The notes beneath the pieces were generated by a model that was given only the letters and a program-made list of their open reading frames with translations, was not told the origin of the DNA and ran no database searches. From contig CAWHCQ010000016.1 in the NCBI GenBank assembly GCA_963827755.1, positions 32,001 through 96,000 of the forward strand: a stretch of DNA of 64,000 nt. The letters are read 5' to 3'. Source of the stretch: an uncultured Gammaproteobacteria bacterium (GTDB taxonomy: Bacteria > Pseudomonadota > Gammaproteobacteria > UBA9214). This document shows positions 1 through 15,820 of the stretch, in pieces (position 1 is the first letter of the stretch; each line of letters opens with the position of its first letter). A program made the translations under genes and the position numbers.

Positions 1-2
1 TG

Positions 3-626
3 AAGGCAGATGGCGAGCCGATCCGCAACTGGGGCCAGTGGGTTGCTTATGTCCGTGAACGGCCGGACCAGGTGATTCAGCTGCAGCTGCTGCGCGACGG
101 CGCCACGATCGAAACGTTGCTGACGCCGGATCGCGCCATCGACGAGGGTGAGTCAATCGGGCGAATTGGTGCCTATGTGCGGCTTCCGACTGACGAACAG
201 CGTGCTACAATGCGCGTCGTCGTACGTCACGGCTTGCTGGATGCGGTACCTGCAGCCCTTGAAAAGACATTTGAAATCACAGCCTTGACTTGCCGCACCC
301 TGCTGAAAATGGTAGCGGGGAAGGCATCTGTAGAGAACCTGAGCGGTCCTATCAGCATTGCCAGGTATGCGGGCCAGTCAGCGGCAATTGGTTTGGCGGC
401 CTTTCTCGGTTTTTTGGGTATTGTAAGTGTCAGTCTTGGCGTGTTGAATTTGCTGCCTGTACCGGTGCTGGATGGCGGGCATTTGTTGTTTTACCTGGTT
501 GAGTGGGTCAAGGGTAGTCCGCTGTCCGATGCGGCCCAGCTCGCTGGCCAGAAAATTGGAATCACCCTGTTACTGGCCCTGATGATGCTTGCTTTTTACA
601 ATGATTTTCTAAGACTTCTAAAATGA
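3..626 (+). CDS. rseP: RIP metalloprotease RseP (5'-truncated by window edge)
   Basis: Frame is open from base 3; C-terminal motifs LSGPISIA and NLLPVPVLDGGH; directly upstream of bamA. Confidence 0.95.
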   Translation, partial: KADGEPIRNWGQWVAYVRERPDQVIQLQLLRDGATIETLLTPDRAIDEGESIGRIGAYVRLPTDEQRATMRVVVRHGLLDAVPAALEKTFEITALTCRTLLKMVAGKASVENLSGPISIARYAGQSAAIGLAAFLGFLGIVSVSLGVLNLLPVPVLDGGHLLFYLVEWVKGSPLSDAAQLAGQKIGITLLLALMMLAFYNDFLRLLK

Positions 627-636
627 TTGCCAAATA

Positions 637-2941
637 ATGCGTCCGTATAAAAAGTTTACCGGTTTTCTCTTGCAGGTGGTTGTGTCAGGTCTGTTGCTGT
701 GCGGGACAGCCCAGGCTTTTCAGCCTTTCATTGTGGATGATATTCGCGTTGAAGGCCTGCAACGAATAACAGCCGGTACGGTTTTCAATTACCTGCCGGT
801 CAAGGTCGGGGAATTGATCAATGAGGCGGATTCCGAAGTTGCAATCAGGGCCTTGTTCAAAACCGGCTTTTTCAATGATGTCAGCCTGGAGCAGGAAGGC
901 AACATCCTGGTTGTTTTTGTTACCGAGCGGGCGGCGATCAGCAAAATCGAGATCAAGGGCAACAAGGACCTCGATTCGACGGCGTTGCTGGACGGCCTGG
1001 AACAAATAGGCCTGGCCGAGGGGCGGGTGTTTGACCGGTCCCTGCTTGAAAAAGTGGAGCAGGAACTGCGCCGGCAGTATTTCAGCAGTGGTAAATATGC
1101 AGTCAGGATTACGACAACGGTCACCCCGCTGGATCGTAACCGGGTCGGTATCCTGATTGATATTTCTGAAGGCAAGGCTGCACGGATCAAGCAAATCAAT
1201 ATTATCGGCAACCAGGTATTCACGGATAAGGAATTACTGAAGCAGTTCAGTCTGACCACGCCTACAATGTTTTCGAGGTTCACCAAGAGTGACCAGTACT
1301 CGAAACAGGCGCTGTCCGCGGACCTCGAGATTTTGCGTACCTATTATCTCGATCGGGGTTACCTCAAGTTCCAGATCACCTCCACGCAGGTTTCCATTAC
1401 GCCGAACAAGAGAGATATCTACATAACGATTAACATCGTTGAGAATGAGCAGTATAAAATCAAGGTCGTGACGCTCTCGGGCGACCTGGTTGTTCCGGCG
1501 GAAGAAATATATCCGCTCATCAATATCAACCCCGGTGACGTATTCTCGCGCAAGAGGGTGACCGGGACGGTCGAGAAGATCAGCTCCCTGCTGGGTAACC
1601 AGGGTTATGCGTTTGCCAACGTGAATACCGTTCCGGAGCTCGATGACGCGACGCACGAGGTTTCTCTGGGCTTCTTTGTAGACCCGGGGCACAGGGTTTA
1701 TGTGCGGCGGATTAATATTGCCGGTAACACAAATACGCGTGACGAGGTATTGCGCAGGGAAATGCGCCAGATGGAGGGTGGCTGGTTCTCGGCCGAGCAG
1801 GTCGACCGCTCACGTGCCCGTATCAGCCGACTCGGTTATTTTGAGGATGTCAACGTCGAGACCCAGGCAGTACCCGGTACGACTGACCAGCTTGATGTGA
1901 ATTACTCGGTCAAGGAGACCTCGTCCGGCAGTGTCACGGCCGGTCTTGGTTACTCGCAGTCTTCCGGCGTGCTGTTCAATGCAAGTGTCAGCCAGAGTAA
2001 TTTTCTCGGTAGTGGCAAGCGTGTCAGTTTCACGTTCAACAACAGCGAAACCACCTCGATTTACAGTCTGGCCTATACCAATCCTTACTGGACGGTTGAC
2101 GGGGTAAGTCGCGGCTTCGGGGCGTTTTACAGAAAGACTGATGCAGACGAAGCCAACCTGTCTGACTACAATACGGATACGCGTGGACTGGATGTGAATT
2201 TCGGTATCCCGATCAGCGAGACTAACCGGTTCCGCTTCAGCATTGGATACCAGGGGCTCGATTTGAAGGCCAACAGTTTTTCACCCCTGGAAGTGACATC
2301 TTTCATCTCAAAACATGGCAACTCTTTTGACGATGCCGTGTTTAATGCCAGCTGGAGTCATGATTCGCGTAACACTGCGCTGTTCACCGATAGCGGTGGC
2401 ACGGCGATCCTGTCGCTGGAGACGACGACACCGGGTTCCGGGCTGGAATACTACAAGATCAACTATGAGCAGCAGCGTTTTATTCCGCTGACGCGGGAAC
2501 TGACGCTTGCCCTGAAGGGGCGTATCGGTTACGGCGACGGTTATGGTGACTTTGATCAGTTGCCGTTTTTTGAAAACTTCTACGCCGGTGGCGTGCGCTC
2601 GGTGCGTGGTTTCAGGGATAATACCCTGGGTCCGCGTGCATCAATCGATGATGATCCACTCGGTGGTGCATTCCTGACGGTATTCAACGCCGAGGTTTTC
2701 TTCCCGATACCGTTTCTGGACGATGCCAAGGGTATGCGCCTGAGCGCGTTTGTTGATGTTGGTAATGTCTTCGAGAGACTTTAACACCTTCGATGCAGGT
2801 GATTTACGCTATTCTGTCGGTCTGGCGGGTCTGTGGCTCTCGCCGCTGGGTCCACTGTCGGTAAGTATTGGTGTGCCGCTGAATGACGAGGACGATGATG
2901 AAGTGCAGAATTTCCAGTTTACGGTTGGATCCTTTTTCTGA
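637..2941 (+). CDS. bamA: Outer membrane protein assembly factor BamA (apparent frameshift near 2772)
   Basis: Signal peptide, POTRA repeats (DIRVEGLQRI), VRGF motif; C-terminal QFTVGSFF lies in a second frame (2750..2941) after a GAGAGA run. Confidence 0.95.
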
Positions 2942-2965
2942 TTGTACGGGTAACTATTTTGGAGA

Positions 2966-3484
2966 ATGATTGTGAAAAAATTTAATGTATCTTTTGTTTC
3001 TATTATTATTTTTACAGTGTTTTCAGTCTGCTCGGGCAGTGCATTTGCCGAAGTCAAAATCGGCTTTGTGGATGTTGCGAAACTGAGTGAATCAGCGCCG
3101 CAGATACGCTCGGCGCAGATGAAAATGGATGCCGAGTTCGGCGGACGGGAAAAGGAAATCATCGCTTTGCAGAGGGATATAGAGAACCTGGAAGCAGCGC
3201 TTGCGCGTGACGGTGCGGTCATGAGCGATAGCGAGCGTTCCAAAAAGGAACGCGCAATTCTTGCCAAGCGCCGTGAAGGCAAGCGCGTACAGGACGAGTT
3301 TCGCGATGATATCAATATCAGGAGAAACGAAATACTCAGAAAGGTGAATGAAGAAATCGGCAAGGCCATAGAAGAGTACGCGAAGCAAAACAACTTTGAC
3401 CTGATCCTGGCCCAGGGTGTCATGTATTCCAGTAACAAGGTGGATATCACCGATAATATTCTGAAAAGACTCGGCGGTTCATAG
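2966..3484 (+). CDS. skp: OmpH/Skp periplasmic chaperone
   Basis: Signal peptide, KIGFVD, coiled coil, DITDNIL C-terminus; between bamA and lpxD. Confidence 0.93.
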   Translation: MIVKKFNVSFVSIIIFTVFSVCSGSAFAEVKIGFVDVAKLSESAPQIRSAQMKMDAEFGGREKEIIALQRDIENLEAALARDGAVMSDSERSKKERAILAKRREGKRVQDEFRDDINIRRNEILRKVNEEIGKAIEEYAKQNNFDLILAQGVMYSSNKVDITDNILKRLGGS

Positions 3485-3521
3485 GCAGGCGAGACTCGCC
3501 GGTGTAGCCCGGGATGACGGA

Positions 3522-4562
3522 ATGGTGCTGACGCTCGGAAGGCTGGCAGGACAGGTTGGCGGGGAGCTGCAAAAGGGTGATCCCGACTGCGAGATCACGG
3601 CCGTTGCCACCCTGAAAAACGCCGGCACCGGCGATATCAGTTTCCTGTCCAATCCCGCTTACAGGAAGTACCTGCACAATACACGGGCATCGGCCGTGAT
3701 ATTGAGCCCGGAAAATGTCGCAGACTGTCCCACGGCGGCTATCGTCTCTGCAAATCCCTATGTGTGCTATGCGCGGGCGGCTGCGCTGATCGTACCGCCA
3801 CCCTCGCCAAGGCAGGGCGTCCATGCCAGCGCGGTGGTTGAGGACGGCAGCCAGGTCGACGCCAGCGCCTGGGTCGGCCCGAACTGTATTATCGAGCGTG
3901 GTGCCGTCGTTAATGCCGGCGTGCAGCTGGATGGCGGCTGCTTTATCGGTACAGGTAGTATCATCGGGGCAAACAGCCATTTGAGTGCAAACGTGGTTAT
4001 TTGTCATGATGTCACTGTCGGCAAGCGTGTGAATATCTATCCGGGTGCCGTCATTGGCAGTGATGGTTTTGGTCTCGCCAACGACGCCGGAAAGTGGATC
4101 AATGTTCCACAGCTGGGCAGTGTTGTGATCGGTGATGATGTTGAAATAGGCTCAAACACCACGATTGATCGCGGGGCACTGGAAGACACGGTGCTGGAAG
4201 AGGGTGTAAGGCTCGATAACCAGATACAGGTTGCCCACAATGTCCGTATTGGCGCACACACGGCCATAGCCGGTTGCGTGGGTATATCAGGCAGTGCCAC
4301 GATTGGTAAATATTGCATGATCGGTGGTGGTGTCGGGATAGTCGGTCACCTTGAAATTGCAGATCATGTCGTGGTCACCGGGATGACGCTGGTCAGCAAA
4401 TCGATTACTGTGCCCGGTGTCTATTCATCGGGCGTGCCGGCGCAGGAGAATGCCGCCTGGAATCGTAACTATGCACGCCTGCGACAACTCGACAAGCTGG
4501 TGCGCCGGGTGCAGAAACTCGAGCGCAAGCTTGCTGTTGGCAGGCAGCAGGACGAGGGCTGA
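3522..4562 (+). CDS. lpxD: UDP-3-O-(3-hydroxymyristoyl)glucosamine N-acyltransferase
   Basis: Hexapeptide repeats, IGSDGFG, TTIDRGA, DNQIQVAHNV. Confidence 0.97.
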   Translation: MVLTLGRLAGQVGGELQKGDPDCEITAVATLKNAGTGDISFLSNPAYRKYLHNTRASAVILSPENVADCPTAAIVSANPYVCYARAAALIVPPPSPRQGVHASAVVEDGSQVDASAWVGPNCIIERGAVVNAGVQLDGGCFIGTGSIIGANSHLSANVVICHDVTVGKRVNIYPGAVIGSDGFGLANDAGKWINVPQLGSVVIGDDVEIGSNTTIDRGALEDTVLEEGVRLDNQIQVAHNVRIGAHTAIAGCVGISGSATIGKYCMIGGGVGIVGHLEIADHVVVTGMTLVSKSITVPGVYSSGVPAQENAAWNRNYARLRQLDKLVRRVQKLERKLAVGRQQDEG

Positions 4563-4580
4563 TTTGATTCCTTCTCCCCG

Positions 4581-4596
4581 CCCCTCCCGGGAGGGG
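4581..4596. repeat. GC-rich intergenic palindrome (CCCCTCCCGGGAGGGG)
   Basis: Perfect palindrome after the lpxD stop; related to elements at 20971 and 63261. Confidence 0.5.
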
Positions 4597-4691
4597 CGCC
4601 TGCGGTGAATGCAGATGTAGTGCAGTAAAAGCGTGACACGGATACAGTTGCAGGGATGGGGTCAGCATATGGACAACGGTTGGGTGTGAAT

Positions 4692-5144
4692 ATGAAAACG
4701 GAAATGGATATCAACCAGATAATGCAGCATCTGCCGCACCGCTATCCGTTCCTGTTGATCGACCGGGTTACCGAGTTTCATGCAGGCCAGTCGCTGGTCG
4801 GCATCAAGAATGTGAGCTACAACGAACCTTTTTTCCAGGGGCATTTTCCCGAACGCCCGGTCATGCCGGGCGTCCTGATACTTGAGGCGATGGCGCAGGC
4901 GACCGGCTTGCTGGCATTTCGCACGGTTGACCGCGGCGCCAGCAGGGAAAGCCTGTACTTTCTCGTTGGCATCGACAAGGCCCGTTTCAAGCGGCCGGTT
5001 GAGCCGGGCGACCAGCTTGTACTGCGCGCAAACCTGCTGCGATCAAAGCGCGGTATATGGGTGTTTGATTGTGATGCCAGTGTCGACGGCAACCGGGTGG
5101 CATCTGCCCAGATCATGTGCACCGAGAGGGACATCGACACTTGA
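4692..5144 (+). CDS. fabZ: 3-hydroxyacyl-ACP dehydratase FabZ
   Basis: [31 protein letters not shown]. Confidence 0.97.
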   Translation: MKTEMDINQIMQHLPHRYPFLLIDRVTEFHAGQSLVGIKNVSYNEPFFQGHFPERPVMPGVLILEAMAQATGLLAFRTVDRGASRESLYFLVGIDKARFKRPVEPGDQLVLRANLLRSKRGIWVFDCDASVDGNRVASAQIMCTERDIDT

Positions 5145-5911
5145 TTCATGCAACCGCGGTGATTGATCCGTCGGCAGAACTTGCCGGGGATGTCAGTGTC
5201 GGGCCGTATAGTGTGATCGGCGCCGATGTAACAATCGGGGCGGGTACAGAAATCGGCCCGCATGCTGTTATCAATGGTCCTGCCAGTATCGGCAGCCAAA
5301 ACAGGATCTTCCAGTTTGCCTCCCTTGGTGAGGAACCCCAGGACAAGAAATATGCCGGCGAGTGGACCCGCCTCGAGATCGGTGACCGCAATACCATTCG
5401 TGAGTTCGTCACCATCAACAGGGGTACAACACAGGATGAAGCCGTTACCCGGCTTGGTGATGACAACTGGATCATGGCCTACGTGCATATTGCTCACGAC
5501 TGCCGTGTTGGCAATCAAACCATTTTTGCCAACAATGCTTCCCTGGCCGGGCACGTCAATGTCGGTGATTATGCCATCCTTGGCGGATTTACACTGGTTC
5601 ACCAGTTCTGCAAGATCGGCGCGTACTCGCTGACAGCGTTTGGTTCCGGTATCAGCAAGGATGTGCCGCCCTACGTCACTGTCGGCGGAAGCCCCGCCCG
5701 GCCGCATGGCCTGAATATGGAAGGCCTGCGACGCCACGGGTTTTCCGAGAAGGCCCGCAAGGCCCTGCGGCGTGCGTACCGCACACTCTACAGGGAAGGC
5801 CTTTCCCTGCAGGATGCCCTGGCCGCATTGCATGAACAGGCAAAGGACTGTAAGGAAATTGATCTGCTGGTGCGGTTCCTTGAGCAGCAGACACGCGGGA
5901 TCGTCAGGTAG
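5141..5911 (+). CDS. lpxA: Acyl-ACP--UDP-N-acetylglucosamine O-acyltransferase
   Basis: TTG start overlapping the fabZ stop; PQDKKY, HIAHDC, VHQFC. Confidence 0.97.
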   Translation: MIHATAVIDPSAELAGDVSVGPYSVIGADVTIGAGTEIGPHAVINGPASIGSQNRIFQFASLGEEPQDKKYAGEWTRLEIGDRNTIREFVTINRGTTQDEAVTRLGDDNWIMAYVHIAHDCRVGNQTIFANNASLAGHVNVGDYAILGGFTLVHQFCKIGAYSLTAFGSGISKDVPPYVTVGGSPARPHGLNMEGLRRHGFSEKARKALRRAYRTLYREGLSLQDALAALHEQAKDCKEIDLLVRFLEQQTRGIVR

Positions 5912-5952
5912 TCGGCGCGCTAAAACCTCCGCCCATTATTAAATGACTGCGC

Positions 5953-7110
5953 ATGTCTGAAAGATTACATCCACTTCACGTCGGTATCGTTGCCGGAGAG
6001 GCTTCCGGGGACAACCTCGGTGCCGGCCTGATGAAGGCCATTCGCAACAGGGTCCCCGATGCAGTTTTTGAGGGCATTGGCGGTCCACGCATGACCGAGG
6101 CCGGCTGCTTCAGCCTGTACCCGATGGAGCGGCTTTCGGTGATGGGCCTGGCCGAGGTTGTCAGCCATTTGCCCGGCTTGCTGTCGATTCGGCGTGACTT
6201 GCGCCGTCATTTTCTGGCCACACCCCCGGACATTTTTATCGGTATCGATGCGCCTGATTTCAATCTTTCCCTGGAACGAAGTCTGAAGCGGTCAGGGATC
6301 CGCACCGTGCATTATGTCAGTCCGTCGGTCTGGGCCTGGCGGCAGTACCGGGTGCGCAAGATTGCAGCAAGCGTGGATTGCATGCTGACGCTGTTTCCCT
6401 TCGAAGAAAAATACTATACAAGCAGGCGGGTGCCTGCGCGCTTTGTCGGTCACCCGATGGCGGATCTCATCGCGGATGATGTGGACCAGGCTGAAGCCCG
6501 GCAGCACCTCGGCATCGATCATGCCGGCCCGCTGGTTGCGTTGATGCCGGGCAGCCGGGTGTCTGAATTGAAACGCCTGGCACTGCCTTTTATACAGGCC
6601 GCGGCCTGGTGCCGCGAACGCAGGGCCGATATACGCTTTGTTGCCCCGATGGCCAATGAAGCCTGCCGGGTGATTTTCCAGGACATGCTCACCCGCCAGG
6701 GCGGACGCTTGCCGGTGACGGTGCTCAACGGCCGTGCACTGGAAGCAATGGCCGCCGCCGATGTCGTGCTGCTGGCTTCCGGGACAGCAACGCTTGAGTG
6801 CATGTTGCTGAAGCGGCCCATGGTCGTGGCCTACCGGCTGTCTGGACTGACATACCGGCTTGCCAGGCTGCTGGTGAAGACGAAGTACTATTCACTGCCG
6901 AATCTGCTGGCCAATGACGCGCTGGTTCCCGAACTTATCCAGGACGAGGTCTCGCCCGGGTCACTTGGCCGGGAGGTCATGCAATTGATCGAGAACCCGG
7001 CACGCGGCGAAGAATTAACAGCGGTATTCGCCAGGATTCATAAAGATTTGCGCCGTGGCGCCAGCGCCGCTGCTGCCGAAGTTATTTTGCAAAGGACGGG
7101 ACGGGCCTGA
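5953..7110 (+). CDS. lpxB: Lipid-A-disaccharide synthase
   Basis: AGEASGD, GIDAPDFN, YVSPSVWAWR, PGSR, SGTATLE. Confidence 0.97.
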   Translation: MSERLHPLHVGIVAGEASGDNLGAGLMKAIRNRVPDAVFEGIGGPRMTEAGCFSLYPMERLSVMGLAEVVSHLPGLLSIRRDLRRHFLATPPDIFIGIDAPDFNLSLERSLKRSGIRTVHYVSPSVWAWRQYRVRKIAASVDCMLTLFPFEEKYYTSRRVPARFVGHPMADLIADDVDQAEARQHLGIDHAGPLVALMPGSRVSELKRLALPFIQAAAWCRERRADIRFVAPMANEACRVIFQDMLTRQGGRLPVTVLNGRALEAMAAADVVLLASGTATLECMLLKRPMVVAYRLSGLTYRLARLLVKTKYYSLPNLLANDALVPELIQDEVSPGSLGREVMQLIENPARGEELTAVFARIHKDLRRGASAAAAEVILQRTGRA

Positions 7111-7113
7111 TGC

Positions 7114-7713
7114 ATGGAGCCTGAACTGTATATTCCACAAGGGCGTGTGGCCGGTGTCGATGAGGCCGGCAGGGGGCCGCTGGCCGGTCCGGTGATTGCG
7201 GGCGCCGTTATCCTCGATCCCGAAAGACCCATCGAGGGCCTGCGTGACTCAAAGCGCCTGTCCGCATTACGCCGTGACGCGCTGTTTGACCAGATTCGGG
7301 AACGGGCCCTGGCATGGGCGGTCGGACGGGCCGAGGTTGAAGAAATTGACCGGATAAATATATTGCAGGCGACGATGCTGGCCATGCAGCGTGCAGTCGA
7401 GGCGCTGGAACCGTTCGCCGAGCATGCGCTCATCGATGGGAACCGCTGCCCGGAGCTGGCCTGTACCAGCCAGGCAATCATCAGGGGCGACAGCAAGGTA
7501 GCCGCCATCAGTGCGGCCTCTATCCTCGCGAAAGTGACGCGTGACCGGGAAATGCTCGAGCTGGACAAGCGCTATCCCGGTTACGGCCTGGCCCGGCACA
7601 AGGGATATCCGAGCAAGGCGCATATCGAAGCGCTGGCAAGCCTCGGCGTGACCCCGGTTCACAGGCGATCATATGCCCCCGTGAGGAAAATCATCCAGAG
7701 AGGTGGTGCCTGA
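7114..7713 (+). CDS. rnhB: Ribonuclease HII
   Basis: [30 protein letters not shown]. Confidence 0.97.
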   Translation: MEPELYIPQGRVAGVDEAGRGPLAGPVIAGAVILDPERPIEGLRDSKRLSALRRDALFDQIRERALAWAVGRAEVEEIDRINILQATMLAMQRAVEALEPFAEHALIDGNRCPELACTSQAIIRGDSKVAAISAASILAKVTRDREMLELDKRYPGYGLARHKGYPSKAHIEALASLGVTPVHRRSYAPVRKIIQRGGA

Positions 7714-7719
7714 GATGTC

Positions 7720-8808
7720 TCAGACCGGGTGCGGGATCGACTCGATTTCCCGCCCGTAGAAGGTGATCCTGTTGCGACCCTCATGCTTGCTCTTGTAGAG
7801 CGCTACATCGGCCTTCTCAAACACAGCACTGGCCGTAGCAACGCTATCCGGAAAGCTGGCGATGCCGATACTGACAGTGGTAGCAACCCGGTTGCCGTGC
7901 GTGTCGAATGATGTATTGTGAATTGCGGCACGAATGCGCTCGGCAACCATACGGGCATGTTCCGTGCTGGTCTGGGTCATCAGGATAACAAACTCGTCAC
8001 CGCCGTAGCGTGCAAGCACATCCGAGGTCCTGACGCAGTCGAGCATGGAGCCTGCTATGACCTTCAAAAGACGGCTGCCTGCCTGGTGCCCGTACTGGTC
8101 GTTGACGGTCTTCAGGTTGTCGACATCGATCATCACGATTGTAAAAGCCTGCCTGTGCCGGGTTGCACGTATAGTTTCCTTTTCAAGAATCAGGTTGAAG
8201 GCACGCATGTTCAACAGGCCGGTCAATTCATCGGTTTGGGAAAGCCGCGCAATCTGCCTGTTGGCGGAGTTAATGTCCGAGGCCAGCATCGAGGTGACAT
8301 AGGCAACCAGCAGAAACGGTGAAAATTTTGCCATCAGCATGGTAAGCGTTTGCGGCGCAATGCCGTCGGCCGGATAGCTGACATAGGCCATGTAGATGTA
8401 GCAAGCGGCGATAATGATCAGTTCGATCATGGTCATGATCTTGCCCAGAGCAAGGGCGCAGGCAATGATGACAAGCAGGTAAAGATTGAGCAGTGGACTG
8501 TGCACAAAGCCCGTATGCCAGAGAACGGCGGTGATGAAGGCTATCATACCCTGCGTTTCCAGTATCAGCTTCCAGCGGATACCGGATGACTGAAAATCCA
8601 GGTAGCGGGATGACATCGCAAACACGGCGTAGCCGATCATGATTGCAATCAGCGCTTCGTGGTTCGTGATGACCTGCGTGGGGATGAAGAAATACAGCAG
8701 GACAAGCAACAACAACAGCAGCTGCAGTTCAAACATGCTGTCTGCGAAGCCCCCGGGTTTCCTTGTATCATTGACCGTACCCGGGCTTTTTATAACGAGG
8801 TTGTCCAT
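7720..8808 (-). CDS. Membrane-bound diguanylate cyclase (GGDEF)
   Basis: Several N-terminal TM segments; TDELTGLLN, ARYGGDEF active site and RTSD (RxxD) I-site. Confidence 0.92.
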   Translation of the reverse strand: MDNLVIKSPGTVNDTRKPGGFADSMFELQLLLLLLVLLYFFIPTQVITNHEALIAIMIGYAVFAMSSRYLDFQSSGIRWKLILETQGMIAFITAVLWHTGFVHSPLLNLYLLVIIACALALGKIMTMIELIIIAACYIYMAYVSYPADGIAPQTLTMLMAKFSPFLLVAYVTSMLASDINSANRQIARLSQTDELTGLLNMRAFNLILEKETIRATRHRQAFTIVMIDVDNLKTVNDQYGHQAGSRLLKVIAGSMLDCVRTSDVLARYGGDEFVILMTQTSTEHARMVAERIRAAIHNTSFDTHGNRVATTVSIGIASFPDSVATASAVFEKADVALYKSKHEGRNRITFYGREIESIPHPV

Positions 8809-8983
8809 CAGTTTGCCGTGAGTTAAGTGCCTGTATTGCCTGTTTATCGGCCCCGGCGGTCTGAAATTGAATTGCCGGCGGGCCCCTGGTTCGCTGGAAA
8901 TGCAGGCGGCCTTGCTGATAGCTGCCAGGCATGGACCCGGGCAGGACGCCCCGGGCCTGCATGCAGGGACATATCCCTGATAT

Positions 8984-9002
8984 TATTGTTTAATTAACAA
9001 TA
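8984..9002. promoter_or_regulatory. AT-rich inverted repeat TATTGTT-N5-AACAATA, possible operator in divergent promoter region
   Basis: Perfect 7-bp arms between the divergent GGDEF gene and dnaE. Confidence 0.35.
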
Positions 9003-9082
9003 GCATGAAGACAAAACCTGTAATTTGAGTTAGCAGGCATATTGGGCTTGAATCCTGCCTGCTAAAGCCGGAGACTTTTACC

Positions 9083-12604
<3,522 letters not shown>

Positions 12605-12812
12605 CAGGGAACGATCCCCTGTATGTCAATTCTGTTGCAGGAGAGGTCTTGCTGGACTTGATTGTCACCGGCACTTCTGTTTCTTGTGGAGTCCATAGCT
12701 ATAGACCTGCATATATTGTCGCAGGTAAGAATGTGAAGGCACCTGACCTGCCTGGACTCGAGAGCAAGCATCCCCGTTACTATTGATCGCAGACAGTAGA
12801 AAGGAAGCAGCG

Positions 12813-13749
12813 ATGCACGTGCATACACTGGAAAGATTGCAGCACAGCCATGACTTTTCCGTAAAAAACCGGAAAGGCGAGCGGCGTACGCAATATGTCC
12901 TGATGCTGACCGCTGTAACCATGGTCGTGGAAATCCTTGCGGGCAGTATCTACGGGTCAATGGCGCTGCTTGCGGACGGCTGGCATATGGGTACCCATGT
13001 CGCCGCGTTCATGATCGCGATCTTTGCCTATCGGTATGCACGCAAACACGCAAACGACCCTGCGTATGCCTTCGGTACAGGCAAGGTCAATGTACTCGGC
13101 GGGTTTGCGAGTGCAGTTGCTCTGGCGGTCGTGGCACTTGTCATGCTGGCGGAGTCCTTGCAGCGTCTGTTCGACCCGCAAATCATTCATTTCAACGAGG
13201 CCATTACCGTCGCTGTTCTTGGCCTGCTGGTGAATCTCGTCAGCGCCATCCTGTTAAAAGACGGTCATGGGCATGATCATCATGCCCACGCACATACCCA
13301 TCATGATCACAACCTGCGTGCTGCGTACATGCACGTACTGGCCGATGCAATGACTTCCCTGCTGGCGATCGTGGCCCTGGTCTCGGGAAAATACTTTGGC
13401 TGGAACTGGCTCGACCCGGTCATGGGAATGGCAGGCGCCATCATCATTACCCGCTGGTCATATGGCCTGTTGAAGCAGACAAGTCCTGTTTTGCTCGATG
13501 CAAGTATCGACGAAGACTACCGTCTGGCCATCAGGGAAGCGATTGAAGGGGATGCGGATAACAGGATTTCCGACTTTCACATCTGGAAGGTGAGCGCCAG
13601 TCACTATGCCGCGCATCATTTCCCTGGTCACGGACAGTCCGGATACAACCGAGCACTACAAGGCGCTGCTGAGCGATTTTCACAAGCTGACGCATGTCAC
13701 CATCGAAATCAACGTATGCGGGGATGAACCGTGTGCGACGCCGGAGTGA
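12813..13749 (+). CDS. dmeF: CDF family Co(II)/Ni(II) efflux transporter DmeF (apparent frameshift near 13612)
   Basis: SMALLADGWHMGTH, His-rich loop, DHNLRAAYMHVLADA; C-terminal HVTIEIN is in a shifted frame. Confidence 0.88.
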
Positions 13750-13836
13750 AAGGTGCCCTGAGTGCCTCTTTTCACCATTCGGGTGAGTCTCATGATCGGG
13801 TTATCATGCCATAAACCGCTGACGGCAGTTTCATCA

Positions 13837-15804
13837 TCAAGCCTGTCCCCGGTCAGTCAGCCAGTAAAAACGATAGGCCGGAACCACCAGCTGGTCCTTG
13901 AACATTGTCGGTGACTCGCCTGAATAGAGGTCTTGCAGCTGACTGTATTCAAAACGTCCGCGATTACTCAGGTCGCTCAGGGTGAGTGACTGGGGTGAAC
14001 TGTCAAAATTACCCACGACCAGTACATTGTCGTTGTGCAGGAGCGGATTGTTGCGCATGAAGACGAACAGATTCGGGTTGTCGGTGTCTATCAGTTCGCG
14101 GTTGTTATAGTCGGCAAAGGCGGGGGTGGTTTTGCGCACGGCGATCATCTTTTGCAGGCCCTCGAATATGCGTTGCTCGACGGTACCATGCTGCTTGCGC
14201 AGGGCCGCTTTCTCCCAGTCGATTTTCGGACGATGCATCCAGCGGTTGTCGTTGGCCTTGCTGACATCTTCCATGTAATTGCAGTCATTGAGCGTGCCGA
14301 TCTCGTCACCGTAGTACATCAGCGGGATGCCGCCGAAGGACATGATCATGCTGTGCAGCAGCAGGATCAGGTCGATGCTGCTGTTGATGGCGGCCTCGTC
14401 GCCGCGACTCCAGTGCGCTCTCCAGCCCGACCAGTGAGGCAAGTGCCCCCGAGATGCGGGCATCGCCGGTCTCGCTGTTCTGTGCAAAGGGCTGGCCACG
14501 GGCGGGCGAGCCGGCATAGACCCCGGTGAAATAGTCCACCAGGAAGCGGCGGTGGGCCGCAGGTGCGTAGCCGGCCTTGAAGATATCGGCGTCATCGAAG
14601 CCCAGCCCGATATCATCGTGACAGCGGACGTAGTTCAGCCAGGTGGCACGGTCGAGTTTGTCCGGCAGGCTGCGGATGCCATGGTTGAGCAGTTTGGTAT
14701 TCTTCGTCGCCAGCGCCTCCCACAGCAGCGCCATGAAGGTGGCGTTGTAGGCAATCTCGCACTCCTTGGCGATGACCGCGTCCTCGCCGAAGTACTTGAT
14801 GATCTCGACCGGGGCAACGATGGCCTCGGCGATGAACAGCACACCGGGTGCCGTGACCTGGCTGCAATCCTTCATCAGCTGCAGGATCAGGTGCGCCTCG
14901 CGCTCGTTCTGGCAGGTGGTGCCGATTTTCTTCCACAGGAAAGCCACGGCGTCCAGGCGCACGATGTCAGCGCCCTGGTTGGCCCAGAAGAGGATGATAT
15001 CCAGCATCTCGATGAACACGGCGGGATTGCTGTAGTTCAGATCCCACTGGTAGCTGTTGAATACCGTCATCACCCACTTGCCCATGGCCTCGTCGAAGGT
15101 GAAGTTGCCGGGCGATGTCTCGGGGAAGACCTCGGGCATGCTCTCCTCGAACATGTCCGGAATGTCGCGGTTGTCGAAAATGTAGTAATAGTCCTGGTAT
15201 TTCTTCTCGCCCTGGCGCGCGCGTTGCGCCCATTCATGCTCATCGGAGGTATGGTTCAGCACCACGTCCAGGGTCAGCAGGACATTGCGTTTACGCAGGT
15301 CCTCCTGCCAGGGCCCGCAGATCGTCCAGCGTGCCGATGCGTTCATCCACGTTGCGAAAGTTGCTGACCGCATAGCCACCGTCGCTGGCCCCTTGCGGAC
15401 ATTCCAGGATGGGCATGACGTGCAGCATGTTGATACCGAGTTCCTGGAAGTAGCTGAGCCGTGAGCGAAGCCCCTGCAGGTCACCGGCGAAGCCGTCGGG
15501 GTAGAGCGCCATGCCGACCCACTCCTGGCTGAGAAACCAGTTGTGGTCCTGCTCGCGCAGGATGTCCAGCTGCTTCAGGTCGCTGCTGCGCTTTATGTAC
15601 TGTGCCGCCATGACTTCCACCAGCCGCAGCACCTGGCTGTCGAAATCGTCGCGTTGACCGTAGAGATTGATGGAACAGCGAATAAATCGCGTAGAAGTTC
15701 GCGCCCAGCCGGGTATAAAAATGGCGCAGGTCGCGCCTGCGGATCTCGGGCTTGAGTTCGTCGAGTATCTTGTTCAGCAGCGAGTGTGATATCTGTTCGT
15801 ACAT
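13837..15804 (-). CDS. Amylosucrase-like GH13 glycosidase (about three apparent frameshifts)
   Basis: [46 protein letters not shown] and YYGDEIG spread over successive frames; last gene of the sucrose operon. Confidence 0.88.
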
Positions 15805-15820
15805 GACGTCGGCAGACCGG

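Noticed and set aside
12605-12812. Possible NiCo (czcD) riboswitch upstream of dmeF; ACCTGC..GCAGGT inverted repeat
   Set aside because: I could not recognise the four-way-junction consensus by eye; an Rfam covariance search would decide
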